From NCBI RefSeq assembly GCF_009914755.1, contig NC_060934.1: 64,000 nt of DNA, one strand, 5' to 3'. The translations under genes and the position numbers were made by a program. The notes below the pieces were generated by a model. The model worked only from the letters and a program-made list of their open reading frames with translations, was not told where the DNA came from and did no database searches. Below are positions 27,170-39,611 of this stretch, piece by piece (position 1 is the stretch's first letter; every line of letters starts with the position of its first letter). Source of the DNA: the human T2T-CHM13v2.0 reference genome, Homo sapiens.

Positions 27170-27686
27170 TAGCCACTGGCTACCCTCCAGGAGCACAACT
27201 GTGGTTTAACAAGTTGGGTTGACCACTCATTGCAGTGAGGGAGCACTCACACCATGAGAACCATGGGACATCTCCATAAGGGGATGTTAGAACCTATTAT
27301 AGGATGAGGGCTTTGATTGGGTGATTTGGGGGAGAGTCTAAGGAGGCAGAGGTTTGCCCTAGAGTAGGTATCATCAGAAAATACGGCAATACTCTGAGTG
27401 GGTATCTCAATCAATCTGATCTAGAGGAAGGCCAGACTAGAGTGAGGAAAAGGCTGGAATTGATAATCATGTAGTAGTTACTCAGTGAACAAGAGAAGGG
27501 GATGTCTGGGGTTTTGTTGGTTGCACAGTGACCTGGTCTGCATCCATGTCCTGAGAGATTGTTTATGTCAAGCAGGAGAAAATGAGGATTAGCTGTGCCA
27601 GATCAGTTTGCAATAACGTATAGACCAAGCTCTGAACATCAAATCCAGTTTCCAGGCATCAAAGTTGCATTTAGTTTCTTTTACAC
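27170..27686 (-). mobile_element. MER76-like ERVL LTR
   Basis: AACAAGTTGGGTT...TTGCAGTGAGGGAG...CACACCATG...GGTGATTTGGGGGAG...GGGTATCTCAAT...GACTAGAGTGAGG match the recalled antisense consensus. Confidence 0.7.
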
Positions 27687-27704
27687 ACTGTTCTGTTAAG
27701 GAAA

Positions 27705-28035
27705 AAAAAAATCAAGGTGTGTAAGTTATGAAACTGTGTGATTTTGGTGATTCTGCATTCGAGTTAAATGATATTTGCATTTAAAATTGGCATTGCACAG
27801 TATAAAGACAAACACTGAAATCCATGCTAATCATTTTAATTTTTAATTTTTCTTTACTTCAGTCAACATGGCAAATTTTAAAATGCCATGAATAGTTGAG
27901 AGAGGGAGAGGCTGTGAAAGAAAAGAAAAAGCTTTACATTTTAGTCCCACGAATGACCTTTTTTTCTGCTTTTTGAACAAGGTGACCTCCATTTTCATTT
28001 TGTGCTGGGTCCTCCACATGACGTAGCTGTTTCTG
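27705..28035 (+). mobile_element. MER45-family hAT-Tip100 element, 3' part
   Basis: TTTTTGAACAAGG...CATTTTCATTTTGTGCTGGGTCC...GTAGCTG terminus. Confidence 0.75.
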
Positions 28036-29349
28036 TTCCCTGTTCTTTATTTCTTTTAACCCTTGACAGTGCCCTAAACAGATATTCTTAAATGTCCTCA
28101 TTTTCCTTTGTTTTTCAGAGATCACTAGCTGCTGCGTGTTCCCTGTCAGCAAATGTCATAGGGGTCAATTCCCTATGGATGCTTTTAGCGATGACACTTA
28201 GGTTAGACAGGGAGGAGTCAACCCAGCCTCCCATTCTCTTCCCGGATCCTGGTCCTTCTTTTCACTGCATAGAAGCAGGAAGAGAACAGAAGCTGTCACA
28301 AATCAGTCCCCACTGAGGATTCAAAGCCTCGTGTCTGGACTCCCATCGGTAAGACACATTCCCCAGGCATTACTGTGCTTTTCTGGTTATTTTTGTTTGT
28401 TTGTTTTCTTTCATTTCTCCTGGGTCAAAAATATTCAAGTGTCCATTCACTCTTCTGATCAATATCTTATTTGTAAATAATTTTCCAGTTCTTATCGCAA
28501 GTTGCCCTAATGATCCCCTGGCAGAAATCTCAGCTCAGATTTGTCTCTGATATAAATGTATAGTCAATCTGTTTCCTACAAAGGCCTTTCTCTATCCTTT
28601 TACACAGCAAATCACTTTACAATGTAATTTAGAGAAAGATATTTGAGAAGAGGTTTAAAGTGACTTCGTGGCAAACCAGGTAAGACCAAAGAGATGAACT
28701 GCATTTGAAAAATTCAGAATTTTTGACACATGCTCGCTTGCTTTTTCTTAACAGAAACGTCTGCTATGCTTACATTCAGATACCTGAAGGCCTCTGCCCT
28801 GAGGCACAAAATGTCAATAGAAGATTCCAGGAGTCCTTGCCCATTTTTTTGGTACCGTATCTGCAAATAGCCCAGACCCATCCTTTTGGGTCAATACAGT
28901 TAGCAGGCTGAACAGGAGGCTCTGAATCAAAAGACAGCAGCCTATTTGGATGAAGTGGACATAGGAGGAAATAATGTCATCCATCACTACCACTCCCTCC
29001 CCGCAATCTCCATCCCGATCCTGGGGCTAGATTCTCCTGCCATCTGGACATCCTTTCTGAGTGATGTGTCTGGCAGCATAGGTGGTCTTGGCGGCTCTTC
29101 TTGGCTGCTACTATTCAAAAGGAGGAAACTGGTTTTATTGGATCTCAACAAAACCTGCCTGCCCCTCACCAAACCACATCATTCTCATCTCTTATTCTTA
29201 AGCCTCAAGCACTGAAACCGATGAATTGGGCCTTATTCTGTCAACTGCATTAACTTACGTAGTGAGAAGAAGTTTAGTAACAGCAGAAACTAAACTCTTA
29301 ACATAGCACTTGCAGAGTATAAAAACTGACCCTAATTTCTTACAGATTA

Positions 29350-29585
29350 TTATTATTATCACATTTAAATATATTGAGTGCTTAGGAAGTACTCTTTAAA
29401 AGCATCGTCTCATTGAATCCTTACAAACATGGCAATAAGTATTGTTATTTATATATGTTTAACAGATAAAGGAACAGGTTTAGGAAAATTGAGTAACTAA
29501 CCAAGGTAAAACAGCTAGCAAGTGGTTTGAACAGAATTCAAACCCAGGATGTCCAGCCCCAGTGAATTTGTTCTCAGTTATTATG
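29350..29585 (-). mobile_element. MIR
   Basis: CTCATTGAATCCTTACAAAC...ACAGATAAAGGAAC...GAATTCAAACCCAGG. Confidence 0.75.
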
Positions 29586-30599
29586 GTATAAAGTATTTAC
29601 ACACAATACACATTTACTTCATATACCCAAACGTGTTCATTACAAAACTATAGAACATATTCTCTGCCCTGGAAATACTACAGTTTGCATTTGGAATTTT
29701 GATTATTTACAATAAACCCCAAAGTTCATGATACATATTTGCTTGTCATTTTGCCGAGGCATGATCTAAATCTTGCTCACAAGATTTCAATCTTTCGCCG
29801 CCACAACATAAGCCCTTGAACCTCAGCCACATCTACAGTTGAAGACGTGAAGAACCTGACTGCACCCGGGGTGGAAAGCCTCGAGACAGGAACGCTAACA
29901 ACGTACTTCTGCTCACCACTTCCTACAGGCCTGCAGACAGCACAGTGAGGATGCAGGCTTTTCTCGGTTGTATAGGCTCCACAGTTTGTTCAGAACAAAT
30001 TCCTGTCTCTCCCTGAGGACTCAACCTCAGCAGCAAGTCAGATCTTGACAGCAGCTACCATCTTTCTGTTCTGCAGAAATGTCAACAACATCCATTCTGC
30101 CCATCCACTAAAGAACCTCTTGGGCTGTTTTCAAGATTCCAAGGAGCCACCCAGCTGAAGGAAGGAAGCCCTGGCAGGCCACATCTACTTGGGCAAAAAG
30201 GGGAAAAGCAACGTGCTTTTGAGTGGAAACACGGTCTTTGTCAATTTCTCCTTCATTAGCCTGGCTAACTTTCCAATGGACAGTGGGAGTTTTTGTTTTT
30301 ACTAGTGACTGAGGTAGAATTCTTGAGAGAGTGAGAGAGAGAGACATACAGACAGAGACCAGGAGAAAACCAGCCTTAGAAATAACTGAATTCTAGCAGA
30401 AAGTGGCAGTCAGTGACACCTATGGCAGTGCAGTCGTGTATGGGATTCCCTTTCTCTCTCTACCCTTTTCCACTATAGAGGAACCCCATTGATCTAACTC
30501 CTTCATGGCAACTTACTCACTGATAAAACCTGCAGGAGAAGAAAAAATTACTCTTGTGTAAGAGGTAGCCTTTTTCATAGAATATACCACAAAAATTAG

Positions 30600-30750
30600 T
30601 TAAAAGATTTGGATTTCAGCACTAGATCTCTTTATTACAGGTCAGTTGTGTGATCTTGCACAGGGGCCTTTTTACCTCACTTAGCCTCAGTTTCCCCACC
30701 TGTATAATGAGAAAGAGAATTCCCTGAGGCTTCTTCCAGCTCTTCTCTTC
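30600..30750 (+). mobile_element. MIR
   Basis: TGTGTGATCTTGC...AGCCTCAGTTTCCCCACCTGTATAATGAG. Confidence 0.7.
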
Positions 30751-31712
30751 TAAACTATTTTTCAGAAACACAGTCATATAGCTGATTGCAGCTTATGTTT
30801 TCCAAAGTAATTCCTTATTTTGGCCCCTGGATTCACCTACCCATGGTCTGTTTGCCAGTGAATCATCCTCTGATTAATGGACAAGTTCTGTGCCTCTCTA
30901 AGCTTCAGTTTCCCCTTCGGTCACTATGTTAAACCCCAAGAGACAGCAAAGAAGGCACAGCCATGTCCTCAAGGAGCATGCTATCCAGGAAGGGAGCAGG
31001 TCTGCCTAGACAATCTCTAAGGCTTGTTTCAGCTCTGCTGTCCTAGGATTCTATGATTGCAAGCATTTCGGGGGCCACTGTCTTCCACAACTAAGGTTGG
31101 TAATAAATAAAATAATTTGTATTTCAGAAGCTGTCTTCAAAGATGCCAAACAGCACAGTGACAACATCTGCCATCTTGTCCAGTGGAAGACTCTGAAACA
31201 CCGAGCTGTGAACAGAGTCTTTTAAACCTCCTTTAGAAGACAGGTAGCAGAGAAGCAAGCTCAGGTGTCAGCTGCAAATGGCCTTTTTCTTCAAAGAGTT
31301 GTTTAGACTTGAGTTCTTTTCTGAAATTGGAGTGCAAAAGTTCAGAGTTCTACTATGATTCTCCAATCGTTCATTAGTATTCCTGGCCTGTCCTATAATT
31401 ACGAGAGTCTTTGACTTTTCACCTGTAATAACGCATTGTCCTGGGGACATGGATGCCCTCACACTCTTACTTCCTTCGATCAACACATGTATATGTGACA
31501 CAGACCAGCAGAAAAAGGACTGGGCCAATGTAACGATCTCAAACAGGTTCAAACCTGCCCCCAGGGCTGTGTCAGCGCCATGCTCTAGCTTAAAGAGCAA
31601 AATTAAGTCATAAGCTAAGACAAAGGGCATAAAGTAGACAGGGTCTCTCTGACTTCTCAGACTTTGCAATTCAGGATAGACAATCAAATGAGGCTTTTTC
31701 TCACAACTCCCT

Positions 31713-31716
<4 letters not shown>

Positions 31717-31748
<32 letters not shown>
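31717..31748. repeat. (CA)16 microsatellite
   Basis: Uninterrupted CA run. Confidence 0.97.
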
Positions 31749-31751
<3 letters not shown>

Positions 31752-32071
31752 CTGTGAGTTCCAAAGTGCAAAGGAATCCGTCTGGAATAGCCTAAGGAAG
31801 AATGTTCATTCCACTCCTCTCCCTGGCATAACTACTGCCCAACGGGGGAAGCAGCCCTGCCCAATGATCAGGCCTCAGGCTCTGTGGCCAGGCAGGATGC
31901 AGGCATCCCAACTCTAGCACCCACTCGTAGGGTAACTGGGTTGGGATTTCTGAACCTTGACTTCCTCATCTAGACAATGGACACAAGAGTGTACTAGCTC
32001 AGAGGGCTGGTGGTGAGATTAAGTAAGACAAGATGATAACATGCAGCACCCCAGAGCGATGGCTCAGGGTG

Positions 32072-32483
32072 TGATATGGTTTGAATCTGTGCCCCCACCC
32101 AAATCTCATGTTCAAGTGTAATCCCCAGTGTTGGAGGTGGGGCCTGGTGGGAGGTGGTTGGATCATGAGGGCTGTTTCTCATGGATGATTTAGCACCATC
32201 CTCTTGATGCTCTCATCACAATAGTGAGAGTTCTCATGATGAGATCTGGTTGTTTAAGAGTGCAGCACCTCCGCCCTGACTCTCTGGCTCCTGCTCCTGC
32301 CATGTGAGACTCTCCTCCCACCATGGCTGCAAGCTTCCTGAGGCCTCCCCAGAACCTGAGCAGATGCCAGCATCATGCTTCCTGTTACAGCCTGTGGAAC
32401 AATGAGCCAATTAAACCTCTCTTCTTTATAAATGACCCAGTCTCTGGCATTCCTTTATAGCAATTCAAGAACACACTAATACA
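32072..32483 (+). mobile_element. MSTA-type MaLR solo LTR
   Basis: TGATATGGTTTGAATCTGTGCCCC...ACACTAATACA. Perfect TSD GGGTG (32067-32071, 32484-32488). Confidence 0.93.
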
Positions 32484-34164
32484 GGGTGTCAGCAGTTTCT
32501 TGTCCTCATGACTCAGACCCTCCCTGCATGGGATCGGGTCTCCCAGAAAGCTTTGTCCTGGTGATTATTTATTTTCTAACTAACAAGGGCATGCTTTTTC
32601 TAAAAATTTGCTTGGGCACTCTACCCTCTCTTGTTTATATTCATTTTTAATTATTCATAAATAGGTGGTTAATGTAGAAAATTCAAACACGTAGAGGTCC
32701 CTCTTTGAGACTCGTCTTTTCAAACTGTTTAGAATGTATGCACACGAATTTACTCGCTGGAGAAAGTACACACACACACAGACATCATTTTTAACAAAAG
32801 TTGTACAGCTATTGTATTGGCTCCTTTAGTTGCTTTTTCCAAGAGATGAGAGAACACAAAAAAATTAAAGGGAGACTTGCATATATCCAAATACAGGTTG
32901 TGCTGCTATTACTGGTCTCTTCTTCCCAGGAGTTCTAGAAGATGTTTTTAGGAGCAAATATTAGTGTGCTATCTCTCTACAATTGATTACATTTCCAATA
33001 GTAATGATAATGTTATATAATAAAATATCCAGGCAGATAAAAATGATAATTGCTGAATCAAGGGCAAATATTTCAGAGCAAGGATAGATAAGAGGACAAA
33101 GCAGAAGCGCTTAAACTGTAACTCAGTAAATCTGTCATTATCCAGAAAGAAGTCTAGATGGTTTGGTTTCAACTCACTTATTGAGTCATATTAATGATAG
33201 CTACACATTCAGCTGGGGACCTTTTTCTGGACCCCGGTGTCCCCCAACAAAAAAAATCAAAAGATGCCTGAACTGAGACTGTCAAACCCCACAGGGTGCC
33301 AGCCTTGCCCAGAAACTCTCACTCCAGTGGCTTCTTTCTAAGCAGAGCTACACCCGGTCTGAAGTGTCCCCATGGACTGGAAGACCATCTAACAAAAACA
33401 ATTGCTTCTTTCTGTCTCTTCAGACAAGAGGGAAAGGCTTTGGTGTCATCAAAAATGAAATAATACCATGCTGAAGGGAAAGAATCCCTTTTAAAGGCCA
33501 TTAAATAAAAGTTGCCCTCCTTGTTGCTAACGGTTTCAATTAACACCGAAATGTGCCACCAGCCTAGCTGCAGCCTCTCCCTGAATCAAGACCGAATCAT
33601 TGTTTGACTGTTTGCTCAAACACAGAGCTAGACAGGACAAATTTGTTAGCATAATCCCATTTAATATGGTGACTACACATTCTTGCTAGCGGGAGCAAAG
33701 TGCATTTGTCAGAGCGATTAAATTGCCGGTATGAAACTCCGGAATTCCAGCTCTTCTTAGCGATTCTAACTTCACATCTACTCAATGGCTCTGATCTCAG
33801 ATCATCTTTTTCTAGGAAAACCTTCTTGGACCCTGCTCATGTGGGTTAAGAAGACCAAACAGCACGGCAGCATTCCCCAGATTCCTCGTCTCTGTCCTAA
33901 GTTCTTTGTGATTCTGGGAGCAGGAGAGCAGGAGGAGACATCAGTGTGAACCATGGGATTTCTTTGCTTGAAGAGGGGACTAATTTCTGTTAAAAGCAAG
34001 ATTCAGATCTCAAAGAGCTCTGTGCTCTGCGGCAGGTCCCCAGAAAAATAATCTTAATAAAATCTACTGCTGCCCCCTCTCGTTTCTGAGAGGGCAGGGA
34101 TGGCACCATCCCATGCACCTGACTTCTCTCATCCTCATTGACGGGCACATGCTGGGCACATGTC

Positions 34165-34226
34165 AAATGAATGAATGAACAAATGAATACACAAACGAAT
34201 GAACGAATGAATGAATGAATGAATGA
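34165..34226 (+). repeat. (GAAT)n tract, probably an expanded L2 3' tail
   Basis: Imperfect GAAT tetramer repeat. Confidence 0.8.
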
Positions 34227-34677
34227 GTTTCTGGGTGTGAAAGTAGGCATTACAGGCAGACAGCAAAAGGAGAAGTGGGATGTGATTGTTTCTTCCAAAT
34301 AAAACATTTTTAAAGTTGTGTCTGTCTATCCTTAATTTTGGCTTCATTGGTTCCATTTCATCTTTTCCTTGCCTCAAACTATGACTCAGATAGGTCCTTA
34401 GAAACCATTTTTTTCACCCTATAATTTTAGATGCAAGGAATATGATGCCTGATGAGGTAAAGTTACTTATTCAGGGAAACATGCTAGTTCATTTTTATGG
34501 TATTTTACAACATTGTGAATTTTTTATAGATTAGTCTTCTGTGAAAGCACAAAGTCCTCCTGTATCCTCCTGGTTGTCTCCAATAACCAGAACATTAGAG
34601 CTTACAGAAAACAACCCTCCTTCCACTTCCAATATGTTAAAATGTGAAAAGAAATGGCTGGTAGAGCATTTATATAC

Positions 34678-35620
34678 TAGGGTTTCGTGAAATCTTACAT
34701 CCCAATTAATTGTAAGGCACATAACACTGCTAAGAAAAAAAATACTCCAAGCACATGTTCTTACTACTTAGAAGTTCTGTGTCACACCTATCAAAAGAGC
34801 TCTTTTAGATTTATTTATGCATTTTTAATTTATCTGTCTTGTTCATACCTTAAAAAGAAAATATCAGCAAAATAAATTGGTAGTTGCATTTCTACAACTG
34901 CTTCGCATTCAGGGAATGATGCTTTTATATTACTTTTTGGCTCCATTATTGATGGACAGCCTTTTTCACCGTTCTGTCATTTGTACCTTCAAAAGCACTG
35001 ATGAGACAGCTTTCCTTTCAACAAAAAAGTCTCTCCCTATTGTCTCAGCTTCCCTTCCGAGCCACTGTTCGCCTCTCTGTGAGTTTTGCAGTTGGCGCTC
35101 ACCTGCTTGGCTGGTGTGAAAGGTGTGATAGGCAATCTTTCTGCATTGTCTCAGAAGGCAGAGACAGGCATCCAGCTCTCCCTGTAGAAGTGTTCTTTTA
35201 GATTCCATGAAACACTTGGTTGCTGCTTTGCAAGAACATAAGGAATTGCTGTCATTCCTTTAATGACAAGTCATTGTTTCCCTAACACCAAATGTGCGCC
35301 CCACTTCTCTGCTTCCATGTCTTTCTTTGTACACAATAACTTTCCGTGTTAAAGCCAAATCATCTTGCAATCTTCCCAAAGACATTTTAAGCGTCTGTTA
35401 AACTCCACACATATGGCTGCGGCAATGCACAGAACGCATTTGCATAGGACCAGATACAGAGGGCGAGAAACAAGTTGGCGTGTGTGCAGGTCAGGGCAGC
35501 CTTACTAGGATGGCTAACTGGCCCACAGTGATGAAACAATGACATTACTGTAAGATGCATCCTGACTTCTAATATGTTAAAATGGGGAAAAAAAATGCAC
35601 ACCATAAAAATGAGGAAACA
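34678..35620 (-). mobile_element. Kanga1-like (TcMar-Tc2) internally deleted DNA transposon
   Basis: AAGAGCTCTTTTAGATTTATTTA, GTGTGATAGGCAATCTTTT, CACTTGGTTGCTGCTTTGCAAGAA, GTACACAATAACTTT and terminus TGTAAGATGCATCC...TGTTAAAATG match recalled Kanga/MER104 sequence. Confidence 0.8.
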
Positions 35621-35753
35621 GAAGCAGTTTAAGCCTGTGTCAGAGTTTCTCTGGGGAATCCTTTTGTTCTAGCTTATTATGGTAGATTTTGATGTTTTCG
35701 TTAACATTTCAAAAGTGCCTAAAATACCTCACAAAGAAAAGGTAATCAAGGCA

Positions 35754-35917
35754 TTTTTTATTTTTTTTCAGAGACAGGGTTTCACTCTGTAACCCAGGCT
35801 AGAGTGCAGTGGTGTCACCATACCTCACTGTAGCCTCAAATTCCTGGGCTCAAGTGATCCTCTCACTTCAGCCTCCCAAATCCCTGAGATTACAGGACTG
35901 AGCCACTGCACCTGGGC
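35754..35917 (-). mobile_element. Monomeric Alu (FRAM/FAM-like)
   Basis: About 165-bp single monomer with a poly(T) head on the + strand. Confidence 0.85.
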
Positions 35918-35956
35918 AATGCAAAATTTTAAAAGGTATCTGCAAGTCAATGCAAG

Positions 35957-36125
35957 CAGCATTTCTCAACACTGGCTGTGCATTAGACGCAACTGAGAAA
36001 CTAAACTAACAAACCAACAACCAATATTGGCCCCAAATTGAATCTCTAGGAGTGGGGCCCAGGAACCAGGTAATTTTGGAAAACTCTAGAAGGTTCTAGT
36101 GCACAGCCTAGTCTGAGAACCCCTG
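35957..36125. mobile_element. MER5-type hAT-Charlie MITE
   Basis: CAGCATTTCTCAAC...GAATCTCTAGGAGTGGGGCCCAGGAA...TGAGAACCCCTG. Confidence 0.8.
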
Positions 36126-36852
36126 ACCGATATGGGGAATATATAAGGAATCTTCTGGATTTCTAGAAAGCAAACTCCTAGTGCTTTCTATGTGCAATGA
36201 AGAGAGTTCACCTTCCTTGGGAACATCTGAATGAAGCAGCAGGTGGCTCCAGGCTTCTTTCATGTGGGCAGTACATGGTGCCAGCACCTCTTCGCCCCTC
36301 CTTCTTCTTTCCTCTTTTTTTGACCTCTCTCTGTTTCATGCTGGCTTGGCGACCTTGCTGCACAGATCTATTTTTAGCACAGCTCTTCACTGGGCTTTTA
36401 AGTCTTTTAAACTGTGTTATTCAAAAGCGTGTGTGCCCTATCATGCATGGAGAATAGACTTTCCAGGATTCTCTGAACTCAGGTGCTGGCTGCAGTGTTT
36501 TCAGCATCCTCACTGTCCTTTGTGTCCGTGGGGCTGGCCTGTCCTGCCTCTGCCTCCCCTGTGTCCTCTGTGAGGTGGTCCCACCTTGTCTGAATCCGTG
36601 GTGCTCAGGAAATGAATGAGCAGAATCTCCAGAGGTTGCGCTGGATTCCAGCATCTGCTTTAGTCTTCTCTCTTGTTAGCTGCAGACAACACGCACAGAT
36701 CAAAACAGAGGGGGCCTGGGTCTGGTGTCCGAGAAAACCCTTCTGCAGTTTTTTTCAGTGACTTCCTTGGGTACCTTAGCTCATGTTGCTTAAATACTGA
36801 CAAGTCTGTACCACATGTCATTGGGGGTTCCAATCACAAAATGAAAAAACTC

Positions 36853-37575
36853 CTTTTTAGAAATTGATATGTAATAGTTTCTATCAAATAGAAATAGATA
36901 TGTAATACATACTTTGGAGGTACACGTGGTATTTTGATACCCGTATACAACGCGTCATGATCCAATCAGGGTAACTTGGATATCTATCACTTCAAACATT
37001 TATCTTTTCTTTGTGTTGGCAAAGTTACAGTTTCTCTTTTAGTTATTTTTCAATATCCAATGAATTATTGTTAGCTGTAATTTCTCCACTATGCTATTGA
37101 CTACTCGATCTTCTTCTTTCTATCTAACTATATTTTTGTGCCCCTTAACCAACTAAAATATTTCATGTTCTATTCATATGTGGGAGCTTACAAAGTGGAT
37201 TTCGCTGGGCGCAGTGGCTCACGCCTGTAATCCCAGCACTTTGGGAGGCTGAGATGGGCAGATCACTTGAGGCCAGGAGTTTGAGACCAGCCTGGCCAAC
37301 ATGGTGAAACCCTATCTCTACTAAAAATACAAAAATTGGCTGGGTGTGGTGGCGGGCGCCTGTAATCCCAGCTACTTGGGAGGCTGAGGTATGAGAATCA
37401 CTTGAACCCAGGAGGCAGAGTTTGCAGTGAGTCGAGATTGTGCCACTGTACTCCAGCTTGGGCGACAGAGCAAGACTCTGTCAAAAAAAAAAAAAAAAAA
37501 AGTGGATTTCATAGAGGTAGAGAGGATGGTAGTTTCCATAGGCTGGGAAGAGAAGCAGGGAGTAGGAAAAAGAAC
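36853..37575 (-). mobile_element. L1MA 3'UTR with an inverted 5' segment (36853-37153 minus; 37155-37575 plus, split by an Alu)
   Basis: Antisense L1MA 3' end up to CTTAACCAAC, then the sense segment CATGTTCTATTCATATGTGGGAGC...ATAGAGGTAGAGAGG...AGGCTGGGAAG. Confidence 0.85.
37204..37498 (+). mobile_element. AluS (Sx/Sz-like)
   Basis: Full dimer. 12-bp TSD AAAGTGGATTTC (37192-37203, 37499-37510). Confidence 0.97.
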
Positions 37576-37807
37576 TGCTTATTAAAGATTCCATAGCCTC
37601 CTCATCATACCTCTTACACTGCCATTTTGTCTCTGCTTTTGTTTGTTTTTTAAGCTTAAAAACCCTGCTTAAATAGTCAAGAGGAAGCAATCCTATTGGG
37701 AGGCATTTTTTAATGGGAGCTCAAGCCTCGATATTGGGAGAATTATTTCAAATTCATTTTCCAAGTGCTATCCAGGTATTAAGACTACAGTGTGCCCTGT
37801 TCTTCAA

Positions 37808-38029
37808 CCCTTTTCCCATTTAGGAAAAAAATAAATGCAGCTCGCTGCCACCGTTTATTTAATTTTACATAAACAAGCTCGTTGAGGCCGAAGCAAATCT
37901 AAATGATTTTCAATGTGAAAATAAAATATAAAAACTGTTCTTGGAGTTGTTTCTAAACAGAACTTGTCTCTAATCCTAATGGAACATCATGATGTTCCAA
38001 AAGTATTCTCAGGGCAAATGGGAAATGAG
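37808..38029 (+). mobile_element. MER75-family (MER75B-like) piggyBac MITE
   Basis: TIRs CCCTTTTCCCATTT / AAATGGGAAATGAG, flanked by TCAA and TTAA (piggyBac TTAA target). Body matches the recalled MER75 consensus. Confidence 0.9.
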
Positions 38030-38449
38030 TTAAACTATTGGGATTGTTATGGAAGAGATGCTCCTGACTTCTTTGGGTATTTAACTCAGATTTGGACAGT
38101 GTAATAGCCAAGTGATATAGCCAAGAAGGTTAAATAATTACATCCATCGAAGGTGACCCATTTCTGAATCTTTCCATGAGATCACAATGAGTTTTCTTTT
38201 ATAACACATTTTTTTGTGTAACTTATGTTTCATACGACCAATAAGCCAGACATCGTAGTACCTACCACAAACAAACAAAAAAAGAACCATCAATTAATTG
38301 AAATCTCTTCTCCTTACCCTTCTCCACAATTGTAGGAATTTTCCTAACAACTCATGGCTTCCCCTGGAGACCATAGTTCATGTGAGTGAAACTTTGTGAG
38401 AGGTATTTCGTAATGAATTGTTAGCAATCTGTAGAGCTCTGCATAATGT

Positions 38450-38690
38450 TCTTTAGGTTAAAAAAGCCTTTTAGGATATATGTTGCTGCCAACTCATTGT
38501 ATGAGATTGAGTACATTGCTTTCCTTCTTTAGGGCTCAGTTTTCTCACTTAAAAAAAGGAGATATTTATAATATTTACCCCATAGGGTTTTTGTGAACAT
38601 TAAAATAAATGAAAAGGATGTGGCTAATTGCTGGGCACATGGTTAAATGCACAATAAATGGTAGGTAGATATTATTATTACGTTTCTTTT
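38450..38690 (+). mobile_element. MIR
   Basis: GGCTCAGTTTTCTCAC...CATAGGGTTTTTGTGAACATTAAA...GGCACATGGTTAAATGCACAATAAATG. Confidence 0.75.
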
Positions 38691-39271
38691 CGTTAGCCAA
38701 CAGTTTCTCTGTCTTCATTCATTTTTTTCTGGACATGTTATATATAGCTAATATGAAAGTTCAAAGAGTAGATTTTTTCCATCGCTTAAAATTTACCTTC
38801 TCAACATTTACATGGTCTCCTAAACAGAGAGACAGAATTTATAAGGCACAATTAACCTGTCTTTGAATATGAATCTTTGCTTGTGTACAAATTATCTGAT
38901 TTGCTACAACACACCAAAGAATTCCAAAGGTTTTGGAGGTTTTCCCCCTAGCAAGATCAATAGATTCCTCTCCCAAATCTTATTCTTCATAATTCCTTAG
39001 TAGTGATTCTGCTTTACATTCTCATAGCAATTTGTGATTTTCAAGCGTTATTACAGTATATGTGAAGTCTGCAACAGTTCAGCCAACAATGTATCAGAAA
39101 TATTACTGTCATGAAAGAAAGTTAAGAAACAGAGTTTAGGTAACTTGACGATTGACCCTCAGTTAGTGAGAAATTTAGGGAAGGTGCTAACTTTATCTGC
39201 CGTGTTTTTGTCGACATGGGCTATTAATCCCGTCATTACTGAGTTCAAAATAGCTCTGTTAATATTAAGAA

Positions 39272-39569
39272 GGACCCGGGGTGGTGGCTTAGGCCTGTAA
39301 TCTTAACATTTTGGAAGGCCGAGGTGGGAGGATCCCTTGAGCCCAGAGTTTAAGATCAGCCCGGCCAACATCTCTACAAAAAGTAGAAAAAATTAGCTGG
39401 GTGTGTTGGCGAGTGCCTGTAGTCCCAGCTACTTGAGAGACTGAGGCAGGAGCATCACTTGAGCCCAGGAGGTGAAGGCTGCAGTGATCGCACCACTGCA
39501 CTCCAGCCTGGGTGACAGAGTGAGACCCTGCCTCAAAACACATGAGCAAAACCAAAAACAGATTTTAAA
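39272..39569 (+). mobile_element. AluJ
   Basis: Diverged dimer. TSD AATATTAAGAA (39261-39271, 39570-39580). Confidence 0.92.
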
Positions 39570-39611
39570 AATATTAAGAAGGAGGCACACAGCTGAGAAA
39601 GAATCACTAGA

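Noticed and set aside
34880-35400. Apparent unique conserved non-coding element
   Set aside because: Explained as the interior of a Kanga (Tc2) transposon on the minus strand.
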